Source: a virus
Taxonomy: Duplodnaviria > Caudoviricetes
Length of the DNA stretch: 64,000 bases
Virus record (IMG/VR): IMGVR_UViG_3300046804_002724
Coordinates: 645-64,644 of that record
Direction: 5' to 3' (one strand)
Below the pieces are notes generated by a model. It was not told where the DNA came from, did no database searches, and saw only the letters and a list, made by a program, of their open reading frames with translations. Both the position numbers and the translations under genes were made by a program. Position 1 is the first letter of the stretch, and the number at the start of each line of letters is the position of its first letter. This document shows, in pieces, positions 37,201-46,870 of this stretch.

Positions 37201-40200
37201 ATGATGCATTAGAAGCGGCAAATAATGGTTATAATTTTGGCGGGCAGATCATGCGTAATAAAGGAAATTATGGACAAGAAGCAAAAGAGAGTCCAGCATA
37301 TTACAGAAAACAGTTAGGCGAACTTGTTAAATTTATAAATAGTCCAGCATATGAAGATTCAGTAAGAATGAGAATGGTTATGTTGGATGCTGCAGAATTA
37401 ATTCAATATGGAAAATTATCTCCAAAAGATGCTGTTGATAAAGCTTTTGTTAATTTCCAATCTGCAAAAAATAAATCGGGTGGAAGCCTAGAAGCTTTTA
37501 TTAAAGAAAGAATAAAGCAAGTAAAAGCCTTGGAAAGAAAATATCCTGGACTAAAACATCCAAACAGAACAAGTACTAGAGTGCCAAATAGCTCAGCATT
37601 AAATTTAAATATTTCAAAATTAAAAAATCTAATGTTGACAGATCCAAGATTTGCAAATGTTGCTCAAGAATTAGAAAGTATGATTGTATTTGATCCCAAA
37701 AAGGTAAATACCGCTGGTGTGCCTTATTTGCAGATGCGTGATACAAGAGGAATTAAAATTGGTCAAGCAAGAGCCCACTTATTAAGACATGGAGAAGTCG
37801 GGTATGCAACAAGAGGACATATGGGTGTTGCAGCAGTTTTAGATGCAGAATTAAATTCAATGATGGCAAGATTAGATCAAATAGGTTTAAGACCAGATGT
37901 TTTACATTTAACTCAATCCGATGCTAAAGAATCATTAAATAATTTAATTAAAAAAGCTGGAATGGGCAATATGACAACGCTAGATGATATAGCAGTAGCT
38001 TTGTCAGATCCAGGAAATAAATTCCCAAGTAAAAAAGAACTTGCAGATATAAAAGCTGGAAGAGCACTTCCTTTAAGGGCTACACCAGAACAAAAAAATT
38101 CATTAAAAATGTTACTTCAAGCTGTTTCTGAAAGAAAAAGATGGGTTTTGCGAGGAAGACCTCCAGTTCCAGTTCTTGCTTCATTCAATAAGGGTGGCGG
38201 AGTAGTAACACCTGGAAGGCCTAATTATGGAAACATAATGTCCTTATTGTCTCCAGAAAAAATGCTTAAAATTTTAGCAACATCAAAAGAATTTAGTAGT
38301 AGTGTTGCAAAGGGAAGTTTTGCAGGGATGCAACCAGTCAAATATGGACACATGGTTTCACCAAGTACTGGAATGAGTTACCCGATACCTGGTGTTTCTG
38401 GTCTGTATAAAGATGCAGAAGGAAATTTAAAATTCTTTAAAGGCGTTCCAAATGAAATAACTGCTAAAGCAGAAATATATGGAACTAGAATGGCTAGAGA
38501 AGTATTTGGTCTCGAATCACCAGAACAAACTATTAGAACTATCCTTAACCCACTAGACCCTTCTGGTAAAAGTAAACTTTTAGGATTAGAGTCTCCATTC
38601 GATCCTAAATTTGCTACTGGCGGAACTGGTTTTAATGAAGATCAAATGATTAGACAAACAATTGCTTCTTTAATTATGGGAAATAAAGATTTATCAAAAT
38701 CAAATGTTTTTGGAAATATACTTGCCGATGTTGGACCAGCAGGAGTTTTTTCTAGGGCATCAATGAATACTGCTTATGCAGAATCAATGAATTCGATGGA
38801 AAAACAAGCAATGATTAATTTACTTGCGGTTAGGGGCGGAGCAAGAAAAGATTTTGCTTATTCTACTGCCCCTATTGCAGCAGGAATGACTGCAAGACAG
38901 TATGGAAGTAAAATGCGCTCTGCAATGAAATCAATGCATCCAAAATTAATTAATTTCATTAAATCTATTCCAGAATCTGATAGAGCTCCATATATTGCTT
39001 TGCTAAAAAGATTTGAAGAAGGAATGGATGTAAATTGGAGCAAATACCACTCAATACATTCAAATCCAAAGTTTAATTCTGGTGGTGGAATAATTAGAAC
39101 AGGAAAGTATGGTTATGGAAGACCAGGAAATCCTGCAGCAAGGGCAGCATGGGAAGCAAAACAACGTGCACAAAGAGAAAGAGATTTAGAGGCAGCTAGG
39201 TCTAGAGCTGCATCTCATCAAGTTTATGGACAACAAGCATTAACAACAGGACTTGGAAGAGAGGCAGTTAGACAAGGAACTACAAGTTTCTATAATCCTG
39301 GACAAGTACTTAGAAATCAAATGATTGATCCATTCCGTAATTCGGCATGGATGAAAGCATCATATATACAAGCATCATTTTCATCTCTAACTACCACTAT
39401 AGGTCAAAGTGTAATAAGATTAAATCTTGAACTTATGGCAGCTACTAAGAGAATAACAAACACAGTAAGAATTATGTCAGCAAATGCAAGATTAAACCTT
39501 TGGACTGGATTAGGCGGAGCGATTGGTTCCACAATAGCTTATGGAAGAAATAAAAGAACTGAAATATATGGAGAGGCAAGAAATAGGTGGGTAAATGCCT
39601 ATGGAGTAAATCCACAAACAGGACAACCAGTTGGTTGGAGACCTGGAATGATGACTGGACCATTGGGATTAACACAATGGAAATCTCAGCATATAGAGGG
39701 TCAAGGAACATTAGACACAAGAAAATCTGGATACTATGGATTTAGAAAAAATGAATACAGATTAAATGGTGAAACAATAACAAGACAAGAGGCTGCAGCA
39801 AGAGGCCTAATTGCACCAAGAGGACAAATTGGCATGGGTGCACAAATGGGAATTAGCATGGCTGGAATGGCAGCTGGAAGTGCATTGATGTCAAGTGGAA
39901 AAACTGGTTTGGGAATGGGAGTCATGGTTGGATCTAGCATTCTTCCAATGATGGGGCCACAAATAATGGCTGGAATGACTAAATTAAAAACAGCTACATT
40001 GGCAGCTGGAAATGCGTTTAGAGCTGGTGGTGGAGGAGTGAAAGCTTTTGTAACAGCTTTAACAACATTAAAGGCAGCAGGTCCCTTATTAGCAATAACA
40101 GCAATAGTTGGAGCAGTTGCATTCTTAATTAAAAAAACAAGAGAGTGGAATAAAGATGCTCAATTAAGATTTGGAATGAATGCAAAAGCTGCATCACAGG

Positions 40201-42605
40201 CTGGAATAGAATATACAAAGCTTGCAGATAAAATTAATTTAGTAAAACAAAAACAATCTGCACTTCAGAATGTTGGTAAAAATGGAGTTGCTTTTGGCGG
40301 AATAACTGGACTAAATATGTCTATTGCAGAATTAAAGAAATATAAAGAAGATGCTACTAAAAATCTAGGGGAATTTGTAGATTCATTTAATAGAGCAGAT
40401 TCAGGCAACATAGCAGAACTTGCAACAAACATTAAAGCTCAGTTTATAGCAGCGGGCATGAGCGTAGAAGAAGCAAATAAAAAAATTATGGGAATGATAG
40501 CAGCCTCTAAAAATTCTACTCTTGCGGTCAAGGTATTAACAGATACAACATTTAAAGGAATTCAAGATTCATCAACTGCAGCAGAATATTCTTACAAGCA
40601 TTTAAATCAATTGATAGAAACTGGAAATTCTGGAACTGGACAATATAAGACAAAGATTATTGAAGGAATTTCTTCCGTAATAGATTTAACAGACAAATCT
40701 ATATCTGCCATTAGTGCTCAAAAAGATGCCGCTGGAAATCTCAAGGGAGAATATGTTGCACTTGAAGAAGTGATTAATAGAATGAAATCTGCAGGTGGAT
40801 TTGAAGACACCATAGGACTTACAGCATTTGCTCAATTGCCAGCAGAGTTACAGGCAATATCAGATCAAAGCGATACAATTGCTGGAATTTATGCAAAATG
40901 GAGATTGTTAACAAAGGGCGTTCAGATTAATCTAAAAGAAATTAGTTCAGAAACAGCATTGGCTATTGATAAATTCTTAACAGCATTTACCGCAGCTCAA
41001 GATCAATTAATAGAAGCTGGTAAATCTGCATTTAAATCTGGATTAGGATTTGCTGGAATAGATGGAACTTTTAAAAAGGTTGGCTATACAATGGCAAGCC
41101 TTCAAGATATTATTATTAAAACTGGTAGAGAGGCTGCAATTGCTCAGCAAAAAGCATCTCAGGCTGCTCAAGATCAAAATGATAAATTACAAAAACAAAT
41201 TGATTTAATTCGTGAAGCTGCAAATGCAAAATTAGCTGCAATTGATGCAACAGAAAGAAAAGATACATATGAAATACAATTACAAAAATCAAAACTTGAT
41301 TATCAAGACGCTATAGCTAAGGGTGATTTCCAGGCTGCAGAAAGAGCAAGATTAGAATTAGTTCAATTACAAAAAGCAAGACAGGCAGAAGAAGCAAAAT
41401 TAGCAATACAAGAAGAAGCTGCAAGAAAAGAAAAAGCTTTACAGGAACAGCAAAAGAAAATTGCCGATGCAGAAAAGAAAAGACAAATTGCTTATCAAAA
41501 TATTCAAAATGAAGCTGCAAGAGCGCAAGAAGCTTTAACAAAAATTACTAACTATTCACAACAGTATAAAGATCTTTTATTACAAAAACAAACAAATGAA
41601 TTTATTACAGATCCAAAACTTAAGGCTTCTGCACAAACTCAAACAGATAATCAATTAACTGCTTTAGTTAAAGAAATTCAAAAAGCAGCTACAATTACCA
41701 AGGGTAATCCTGGTTACGATATAGCTGGAGATATTAAAAAAGCATTTAGTCAATTCTTTGATTCTGCAGGTAAAGCATTAACATTTGATTCATCAAAGCA
41801 AGTTCCAACATACGGTACAACAGGATTACAATTAACTACTGTAACTACAAAGGGAACAATGGGTGATGTTTTAAATAAAGACTTATCAATTGTAAAACAA
41901 CAAGCAACTTTAATTACAGGTGGAATGACTTTGAAACAATTAGGTGATTTGCTTGTTAAAGAATTAGGAAATGGTAAATCGGGCTCGTCTAGCGGCAAAA
42001 TGAACCCAGGCAAGTACGCAACCGCTGGATACAACAATACGGGAATGATGGATCCAAATGCTCCTAAAGGTGGAACCGTTGTTACTCAAAGTGGAAAAAC
42101 TTATATCTACAGTAATGATGGAATTCCTTTCGACACATCTTCAACTGCTGGAAGATATATTGCCTCACAATTAGGCGTTAATTTAAATACAGTGCAACCA
42201 ATTAAGCTTGCCCCTGGAGGCGTGGTTTTTGGACCAGGTACTGGAACTTCTGATTCAATACCAGCAATGCTATCAAATGGAGAATTTGTTATAAATGCTA
42301 AATCTGCACAAAATATTGGTTATGATAATCTTCATACTTTAAACAGAATGGCTTTTGGTGGAATTGTCGGTAACGCTACTCTTCCAAGATATAATGTAGG
42401 AGGCCTACTTGCAAAATCACAGCGACTAATGATGCATACTGGTGGCACTGCAAGTAATGTTACAATAGGTGATATAAATGTTTATGCTGCCCCTGGAATG
42501 GATGAAAAAGCTTTGGCTAAAGCTGCAGCAAGAGAAGTGTTTGCAGTAATGTCTGACAAGCAATTACAAATGGGACAATCAAAAATAGTAGGTAGGATAA
42601 GATAA
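34245..42605 (+). CDS. Tape measure protein (2786 aa) with inserted globular cassettes
   Basis: TP901-type N-terminal core, hydrophobic segments, coiled coils, C-terminal GPGTGTSDSIPAMLSNGEFV motif; follows the chaperones. Confidence 0.93.
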   Translation: MADEQIVTSIVAKADLSSLVSEVHRATSSLQQLQRELNASNRSIASATKVANNLFRDTLVGSGMFSSHFVNLNSDVDKFGKNLDAGRLKLKDYFSTFQTHLRTSKGYIRELAKEQVMLENSILQPLGRNAQGLMQYNVMIPRGLDLVKNRTQLARMEMQIMNRALSEGATSLINWGKNTQWAGRQLTVGLTVPLSMFGAQAAKAFREADQELTRLVKVYGDLSGATSQELAQIRKDVITTSKELASGMGVSFKETIGLAADIAATGKQGNELLGSLKETTRLAVLGEVDRAEAMKATLAIQTAFKSNTKELTESINFLNAVENQTSTTLGDLVEGIPKAGTVIKQLGGSVKDLALYLTAMKEGGVSASEGANALKSGLASMINPTKQTVTMFKSFGIDVMGMVERNTGNTTGMILELQKALDGLDPLSKARALEQMFGKFQFARMSALFNNLGKQGSQTLQVMQLMNASAKDLANVASRELGMVTESASGKYRRAIEGLRANLADMGEGFLGIATKFINAFSKVLEFFNNLPEPIKKAVTYLGGFTAVIGPVIMLTGVLANFFGYITKGIVQLKAFFQRAHGWKMLTPEMIATQKAAELVEKSFYSDAQAAEVLHGALTKLVSDYMNLQTAMSKGSVPVNPLVSTSAGNVIMNPIRREVDPNSPYVGAEDTRAMSHINPRDINNPASLMGVVPGALPVNRGIAKTPQIYMHDRLPDVPGLTSVKGISTGIVAGEAARFHALMATLGMQTEAEVASLKKTIALGGTVSSELLATFDDILPMTTRLADNAATESAAIVAQLRAGKLTVDQAKTEIMAINAQLEASLQSEISTYASSRGRTIDFTKAPLMNQPVVDANAQFTLRDLYKKEGNKAVMEEFGRLRGIRTFGAPYSIQTTRFPKFEQGGSVEGFGPNKTVVSGSTSINYDDRLGRVPLGGYVLNQSASLDSGNSDLIAMAPYTFENGGEITAALTPGEVVFGPKIHRVPGLYDALEAANNGYNFGGQIMRNKGNYGQEAKESPAYYRKQLGELVKFINSPAYEDSVRMRMVMLDAAELIQYGKLSPKDAVDKAFVNFQSAKNKSGGSLEAFIKERIKQVKALERKYPGLKHPNRTSTRVPNSSALNLNISKLKNLMLTDPRFANVAQELESMIVFDPKKVNTAGVPYLQMRDTRGIKIGQARAHLLRHGEVGYATRGHMGVAAVLDAELNSMMARLDQIGLRPDVLHLTQSDAKESLNNLIKKAGMGNMTTLDDIAVALSDPGNKFPSKKELADIKAGRALPLRATPEQKNSLKMLLQAVSERKRWVLRGRPPVPVLASFNKGGGVVTPGRPNYGNIMSLLSPEKMLKILATSKEFSSSVAKGSFAGMQPVKYGHMVSPSTGMSYPIPGVSGLYKDAEGNLKFFKGVPNEITAKAEIYGTRMAREVFGLESPEQTIRTILNPLDPSGKSKLLGLESPFDPKFATGGTGFNEDQMIRQTIASLIMGNKDLSKSNVFGNILADVGPAGVFSRASMNTAYAESMNSMEKQAMINLLAVRGGARKDFAYSTAPIAAGMTARQYGSKMRSAMKSMHPKLINFIKSIPESDRAPYIALLKRFEEGMDVNWSKYHSIHSNPKFNSGGGIIRTGKYGYGRPGNPAARAAWEAKQRAQRERDLEAARSRAASHQVYGQQALTTGLGREAVRQGTTSFYNPGQVLRNQMIDPFRNSAWMKASYIQASFSSLTTTIGQSVIRLNLELMAATKRITNTVRIMSANARLNLWTGLGGAIGSTIAYGRNKRTEIYGEARNRWVNAYGVNPQTGQPVGWRPGMMTGPLGLTQWKSQHIEGQGTLDTRKSGYYGFRKNEYRLNGETITRQEAAARGLIAPRGQIGMGAQMGISMAGMAAGSALMSSGKTGLGMGVMVGSSILPMMGPQIMAGMTKLKTATLAAGNAFRAGGGGVKAFVTALTTLKAAGPLLAITAIVGAVAFLIKKTREWNKDAQLRFGMNAKAASQAGIEYTKLADKINLVKQKQSALQNVGKNGVAFGGITGLNMSIAELKKYKEDATKNLGEFVDSFNRADSGNIAELATNIKAQFIAAGMSVEEANKKIMGMIAASKNSTLAVKVLTDTTFKGIQDSSTAAEYSYKHLNQLIETGNSGTGQYKTKIIEGISSVIDLTDKSISAISAQKDAAGNLKGEYVALEEVINRMKSAGGFEDTIGLTAFAQLPAELQAISDQSDTIAGIYAKWRLLTKGVQINLKEISSETALAIDKFLTAFTAAQDQLIEAGKSAFKSGLGFAGIDGTFKKVGYTMASLQDIIIKTGREAAIAQQKASQAAQDQNDKLQKQIDLIREAANAKLAAIDATERKDTYEIQLQKSKLDYQDAIAKGDFQAAERARLELVQLQKARQAEEAKLAIQEEAARKEKALQEQQKKIADAEKKRQIAYQNIQNEAARAQEALTKITNYSQQYKDLLLQKQTNEFITDPKLKASAQTQTDNQLTALVKEIQKAATITKGNPGYDIAGDIKKAFSQFFDSAGKALTFDSSKQVPTYGTTGLQLTTVTTKGTMGDVLNKDLSIVKQQATLITGGMTLKQLGDLLVKELGNGKSGSSSGKMNPGKYATAGYNNTGMMDPNAPKGGTVVTQSGKTYIYSNDGIPFDTSSTAGRYIASQLGVNLNTVQPIKLAPGGVVFGPGTGTSDSIPAMLSNGEFVINAKSAQNIGYDNLHTLNRMAFGGIVGNATLPRYNVGGLLAKSQRLMMHTGGTASNVTIGDINVYAAPGMDEKALAKAAAREVFAVMSDKQLQMGQSKIVGRIR

Positions 42606-43189
42606 TGAGTTTTGAAAATTTACCAAAAGGTTCAGTTTTATACATAGAGGCAAAAGACCCATTATGTATTACCACATACTCTCCTGCCAAATTTGCATAT
42701 CCTGGAGCTGACGCAAATTCATCAACCGCAGGCGGACAAGATTATAACTCTATAGTAGCAACTAGAAATATATTGCTGCCAGCAGATAAAGATGTTTTAA
42801 AATTTAGAAGAGTTTCAGAACACAATAGATCTGAATTTTCAATTGGAAATAATAGATTAAAACAATCTGCTAGAATGGCAAATGGAACACTTAGAGAATT
42901 TATTGTTGCAGATAAAAAAACATTTTCAGTATCTTGGTCAATGCTACCATCATTTAGAAATGAAACTGTGGACGGAGCTTGGGGGGCAGAAGATTTAAAA
43001 ACTTTTTATGAAAGCCTTGCAGGCAAAAAATCATTTAGAATAAAAATTAATACATCTAAATTATCTACTGCTGCCGAAGCTTCTACTGATAATATTTATA
43101 CAGTTGTTTTTACTGATTTCAGCTGTACTTTATCTAAAAGAGGTGTACAGCCCTATTGGAGTGTTAATTTTTCATTGGAGCAGGTATGA
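42605..43189 (+). CDS. Distal tail (Dit)-like protein
   Basis: Position after the tape measure; RMANGTLR...KK.FSVSW motif. Confidence 0.65.
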   Translation: MSFENLPKGSVLYIEAKDPLCITTYSPAKFAYPGADANSSTAGGQDYNSIVATRNILLPADKDVLKFRRVSEHNRSEFSIGNNRLKQSARMANGTLREFIVADKKTFSVSWSMLPSFRNETVDGAWGAEDLKTFYESLAGKKSFRIKINTSKLSTAAEASTDNIYTVVFTDFSCTLSKRGVQPYWSVNFSLEQV

Positions 43190-46100
43190 TAACTGTTTCT
43201 GATGCTGTAAAAAATATATTTAAAAAAGAATATTCAGTTGTAGTTTCTACTGGCGGAACGATAGAATATAATTTAAATAATATGGTAGATAAAATAACAG
43301 CTACTTCTTCTGGAGCAGATCACTCATTATCTAATGCTTTTAAAAATTTATTTCCTATAGATAGTATATATTCATCATATCGACCACTAAAGCCAGGAAT
43401 TAAATATTATATTTATACATCTGAAACCTCCCCTGGAATTCAAACTGATACTCCTCCAAATTCATTTGAAGCACCAAGATCAATTGGAACACCAACAAAA
43501 CCTAGGTTATATTATCCAGGACCAGATACAACATATAAATATTGGTTGGGTCCAAAAAATGCAGATATTAATATTTCTTTAGAATATTTTAATAATGAAA
43601 CAACTCCAGGTGTTAAATTAACTCCATGTAATAAAATAATTGCAAGGTTTGAAACTTCTCATGACACACCAACATCTTGGACAATTAAGGGAACAAAATC
43701 TGATAATACAGAGGTAACCCTGGCAACTGGTTCTTCAATAAATTCAAATGGAGAAGCAATAGCATATTACAATGGAACAGAATGGTCCACCACAGAACCA
43801 TCTAAGTATACATCAACTCAATCATTTAAAAAAATATCATTGTCTGCTGTTAATTCAAATACTGGAAAATTTTTAGCAGTATTAGAATTAAGTCCAAGAT
43901 GGGTTATCGATATAAGCGATGACATACAGGATTTTGAAATATCAAAAGAAACTACTATAAATGATGATTCAATTTTACCCGTTGGAACCTTATCGTCAAA
44001 TTTGTTATCTTTAAATATTGCTAAATTTGATGAATCAAATAATATTTTACAAGAATACAATAGAGATTCAGAGATAGATTCATCAGTCATGTACCTAGAT
44101 AAAAATGCAATTATTTCTCCATATATTGTTGTAAATGATGGATCATCTGACGTAAAAATACAACAAGGAAAATATTACATGGTCGAGTGGTCTTTATCAG
44201 AATTTGGCTCATCTTCCATAAGAGCATTAGATTCAAGTAAAATATTGCAAGATACAATTGCGCCATTAATTTTAGTTCAAGATATGCCAGCAACTGCAAT
44301 AATTAGAAGAGTATTAGATTCAATAGGTTATTCAAATTATAATATTAATATTGCACAAAATGATAAATCTATTCCAGTAGTTAGATATTTTTGGACAAAA
44401 GATGGGCAAACGGTGTGGGAATGTTTACAAGATTTATGTAGAGATATGCAAATAAATATGTTTGTTGATAATAATGATATTATGCAAATCTATAGCAGAG
44501 ATGCAATATATGATTCTCAAAGAACAAAAGATTGGATTTTTACAAATGAAGAAATTTCTTCAAACGGTTCAGTTTCATATATACCAAATATAATTAGTTT
44601 AAATAAAAAAGAAAAAGTAGCTGGAAATTCCGTTAAAGTTTTATGGTCAGCTCCAGGAGTAAGTGGATATGTTGCAAACAATGCTGCACCTGTTTGGATT
44701 TCTTCAGAAGACGGATTGGCAGCAGGAACTTTAGCAACAAACTTAAATGAAACAGAAACGGGATATATAAATATAAATCTTCAAAGCGTAGATCAATTAA
44801 TTGATTCAGATTTAATTATTCCAGATTTTTCTGGATTTTTGTTGATAGACACAGAAGTTATTGAATACGAAGGTTTAGAATTTGAATATTACAAGGCCTC
44901 AGATAGTACAAAACAAACAGTTTTAATAACAAACGCTTCTGATTTTTGGAAACATTATTCTTTAGCAAAAACAGATGCACAAAACATTAACACTTTTAAA
45001 GCCAGTGGAAGATATAAAATTAAAAAAAGAGCAGCTTTAGGCACATCTGCAAAATCACATAATGGAAATGGTAATGCTACTGTATCCGTATATGGACCAA
45101 TAGATTTAACCGCTCCAGGCGATGTTGCATTTAAGGGAGATTTAAATCAAATTTATTCTTCAGCAAAAGATGCTTGGAATGCAAAATCTTCAAAAATTGG
45201 TAAATCATTTTATCCAGTAACTAATTTTGATAAAAGTAAAAGTCATTACACATCTGGAGTAATTGCTTTTGATTCAATAACAACATCTTCTAAACCAGGT
45301 TTTTATTCAATAGGAACAAGAATGTTTTTTGATAATCAATTTGATACGGGACTGAAAGATTCCTATTCAACAGATCAAGTAGGTGGATTTACTGTATTTG
45401 CAGGAGATAATGGCAAAAAGGGTTACCATGTAATAGTAAGTACCACTGCAGGCTCCAGATCATCTAAAGACATTAGAATTTTAAAAACAACAGCTAATGG
45501 TTTAACAACAGTATTAAAAGATTCTCAAACAAATGCTATAAGCACATTTGCAGGGGTATACGCTGCACAGTCTTATAATGTAGATGTATTAGTTAAATCC
45601 ACATATGGAACGGGCGGGTCCTTGGTTAAAAATACACTTACTATTTTTATTAATGGATTTAGAATTGATGCAGAAGATACAGCATCTCCATTGTCTCCAT
45701 CAAATAAGGTTGGTTTATTATGTGGACAAGGAATTGTATATTATGATTACGTATATGGTTTAAATATTCCAGAAAAATCTAATTTAACTGATATCGATTA
45801 TACAAGCTTAAACTCAAAAGGTTCTTATAAATACAATGGAGTTTATTCAGATGATACGATATCTATGCTTTTTGGAGACCTAGTATATAGTTCAGGTGAA
45901 ACTAGAGATTCAAGAAATGGATCTTTAAAAGAATTTGGTTCTGTGGTTAGACAAATAAAAAGAATTAAAGTTAGATATGATTCTGCAAATCCAGCGATAC
46001 CGCTCTATCTTTCATCTGGTGTCAATAAAAATGTTAATATAATGTCAAGCAAATTACAACCATTTACAGCGGAAATGCTTGTAATGAACAACACCTCTGG

Positions 46101-46482
46101 ATTTGTAAATCTTGCAGATGGGCAGTATAATACTTTTCAAGTAGTTGGAACTCCAATTGTAGATGGCGGTGTAGTTGAATATTCAACAGACAGTCCAGAC
46201 AGCAGGGCAAAAAAATATCCAGTACAATTTGATTCGACTTGGATTCAATCTGCTACAGATGCAAAGTCTCTTGCCGACTGGATTACCTCAACTCAATTAA
46301 ATAAAGGACAAAGCGTAGAAATGGAAGTTTTTGGAAACCCACTCATAAATCCTGGAGATATTATTGGAATAAATTATCCATTACAAGATTTATCTGTTTC
46401 AAATAAAACTTATATTGTTACTTCAGTTAGACTAGGATTTTCTCAGGGGGTGAATACCAATATAGTCTGTAGAGCTATTTAA
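43186..46482 (+). CDS. Baseplate hub/Tal-like minor tail protein
   Basis: TVWECLQDL...FVD and GNPLINPGDII motifs. Confidence 0.72.
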   Translation: MITVSDAVKNIFKKEYSVVVSTGGTIEYNLNNMVDKITATSSGADHSLSNAFKNLFPIDSIYSSYRPLKPGIKYYIYTSETSPGIQTDTPPNSFEAPRSIGTPTKPRLYYPGPDTTYKYWLGPKNADINISLEYFNNETTPGVKLTPCNKIIARFETSHDTPTSWTIKGTKSDNTEVTLATGSSINSNGEAIAYYNGTEWSTTEPSKYTSTQSFKKISLSAVNSNTGKFLAVLELSPRWVIDISDDIQDFEISKETTINDDSILPVGTLSSNLLSLNIAKFDESNNILQEYNRDSEIDSSVMYLDKNAIISPYIVVNDGSSDVKIQQGKYYMVEWSLSEFGSSSIRALDSSKILQDTIAPLILVQDMPATAIIRRVLDSIGYSNYNINIAQNDKSIPVVRYFWTKDGQTVWECLQDLCRDMQINMFVDNNDIMQIYSRDAIYDSQRTKDWIFTNEEISSNGSVSYIPNIISLNKKEKVAGNSVKVLWSAPGVSGYVANNAAPVWISSEDGLAAGTLATNLNETETGYININLQSVDQLIDSDLIIPDFSGFLLIDTEVIEYEGLEFEYYKASDSTKQTVLITNASDFWKHYSLAKTDAQNINTFKASGRYKIKKRAALGTSAKSHNGNGNATVSVYGPIDLTAPGDVAFKGDLNQIYSSAKDAWNAKSSKIGKSFYPVTNFDKSKSHYTSGVIAFDSITTSSKPGFYSIGTRMFFDNQFDTGLKDSYSTDQVGGFTVFAGDNGKKGYHVIVSTTAGSRSSKDIRILKTTANGLTTVLKDSQTNAISTFAGVYAAQSYNVDVLVKSTYGTGGSLVKNTLTIFINGFRIDAEDTASPLSPSNKVGLLCGQGIVYYDYVYGLNIPEKSNLTDIDYTSLNSKGSYKYNGVYSDDTISMLFGDLVYSSGETRDSRNGSLKEFGSVVRQIKRIKVRYDSANPAIPLYLSSGVNKNVNIMSSKLQPFTAEMLVMNNTSGFVNLADGQYNTFQVVGTPIVDGGVVEYSTDSPDSRAKKYPVQFDSTWIQSATDAKSLADWITSTQLNKGQSVEMEVFGNPLINPGDIIGINYPLQDLSVSNKTYIVTSVRLGFSQGVNTNIVCRAI

Positions 46483-46510
46483 TATAGTCTATAAATGGTA
46501 TAATGAATAA

Positions 46511-46870
46511 ATGACAGAAAAAAATAATACAGCTGGAGTCTCTACACCAATTATAGGTGACGAGACAGATAAGTATTATTTAAATAAGCTATGGCTATCA
46601 GATCAAAAAGACAAATCAACATCAAGCTTACTGACACCTTTTGGAAGTCAAGCAGGTGGAGACAACCCGCCTCCTCCACCACCTCCACCACCAGGAACAA
46701 ATAGGCCACAGTTAGATGATATACAAAAACCAATTTCGCAAGAAATATATTATGAAAATAACGTAGCCAAAGTAAAGGTTTCTATGAGGGTATATATCTC
46801 ATCAGAAGATGAAGTTAAAAAGTTTGAAGTAAAAAGCACTAAGCCAGTTTCTCAAGGAGGTAAGGTATGA
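46511..46870 (+). CDS. Small tail-region protein with a Pro9 tract
   Basis: DNPPPPPPPPPGT; TGGTATAAT lies 6 nt upstream of the ATG. Confidence 0.7.
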   Translation: MTEKNNTAGVSTPIIGDETDKYYLNKLWLSDQKDKSTSSLLTPFGSQAGGDNPPPPPPPPPGTNRPQLDDIQKPISQEIYYENNVAKVKVSMRVYISSEDEVKKFEVKSTKPVSQGGKV

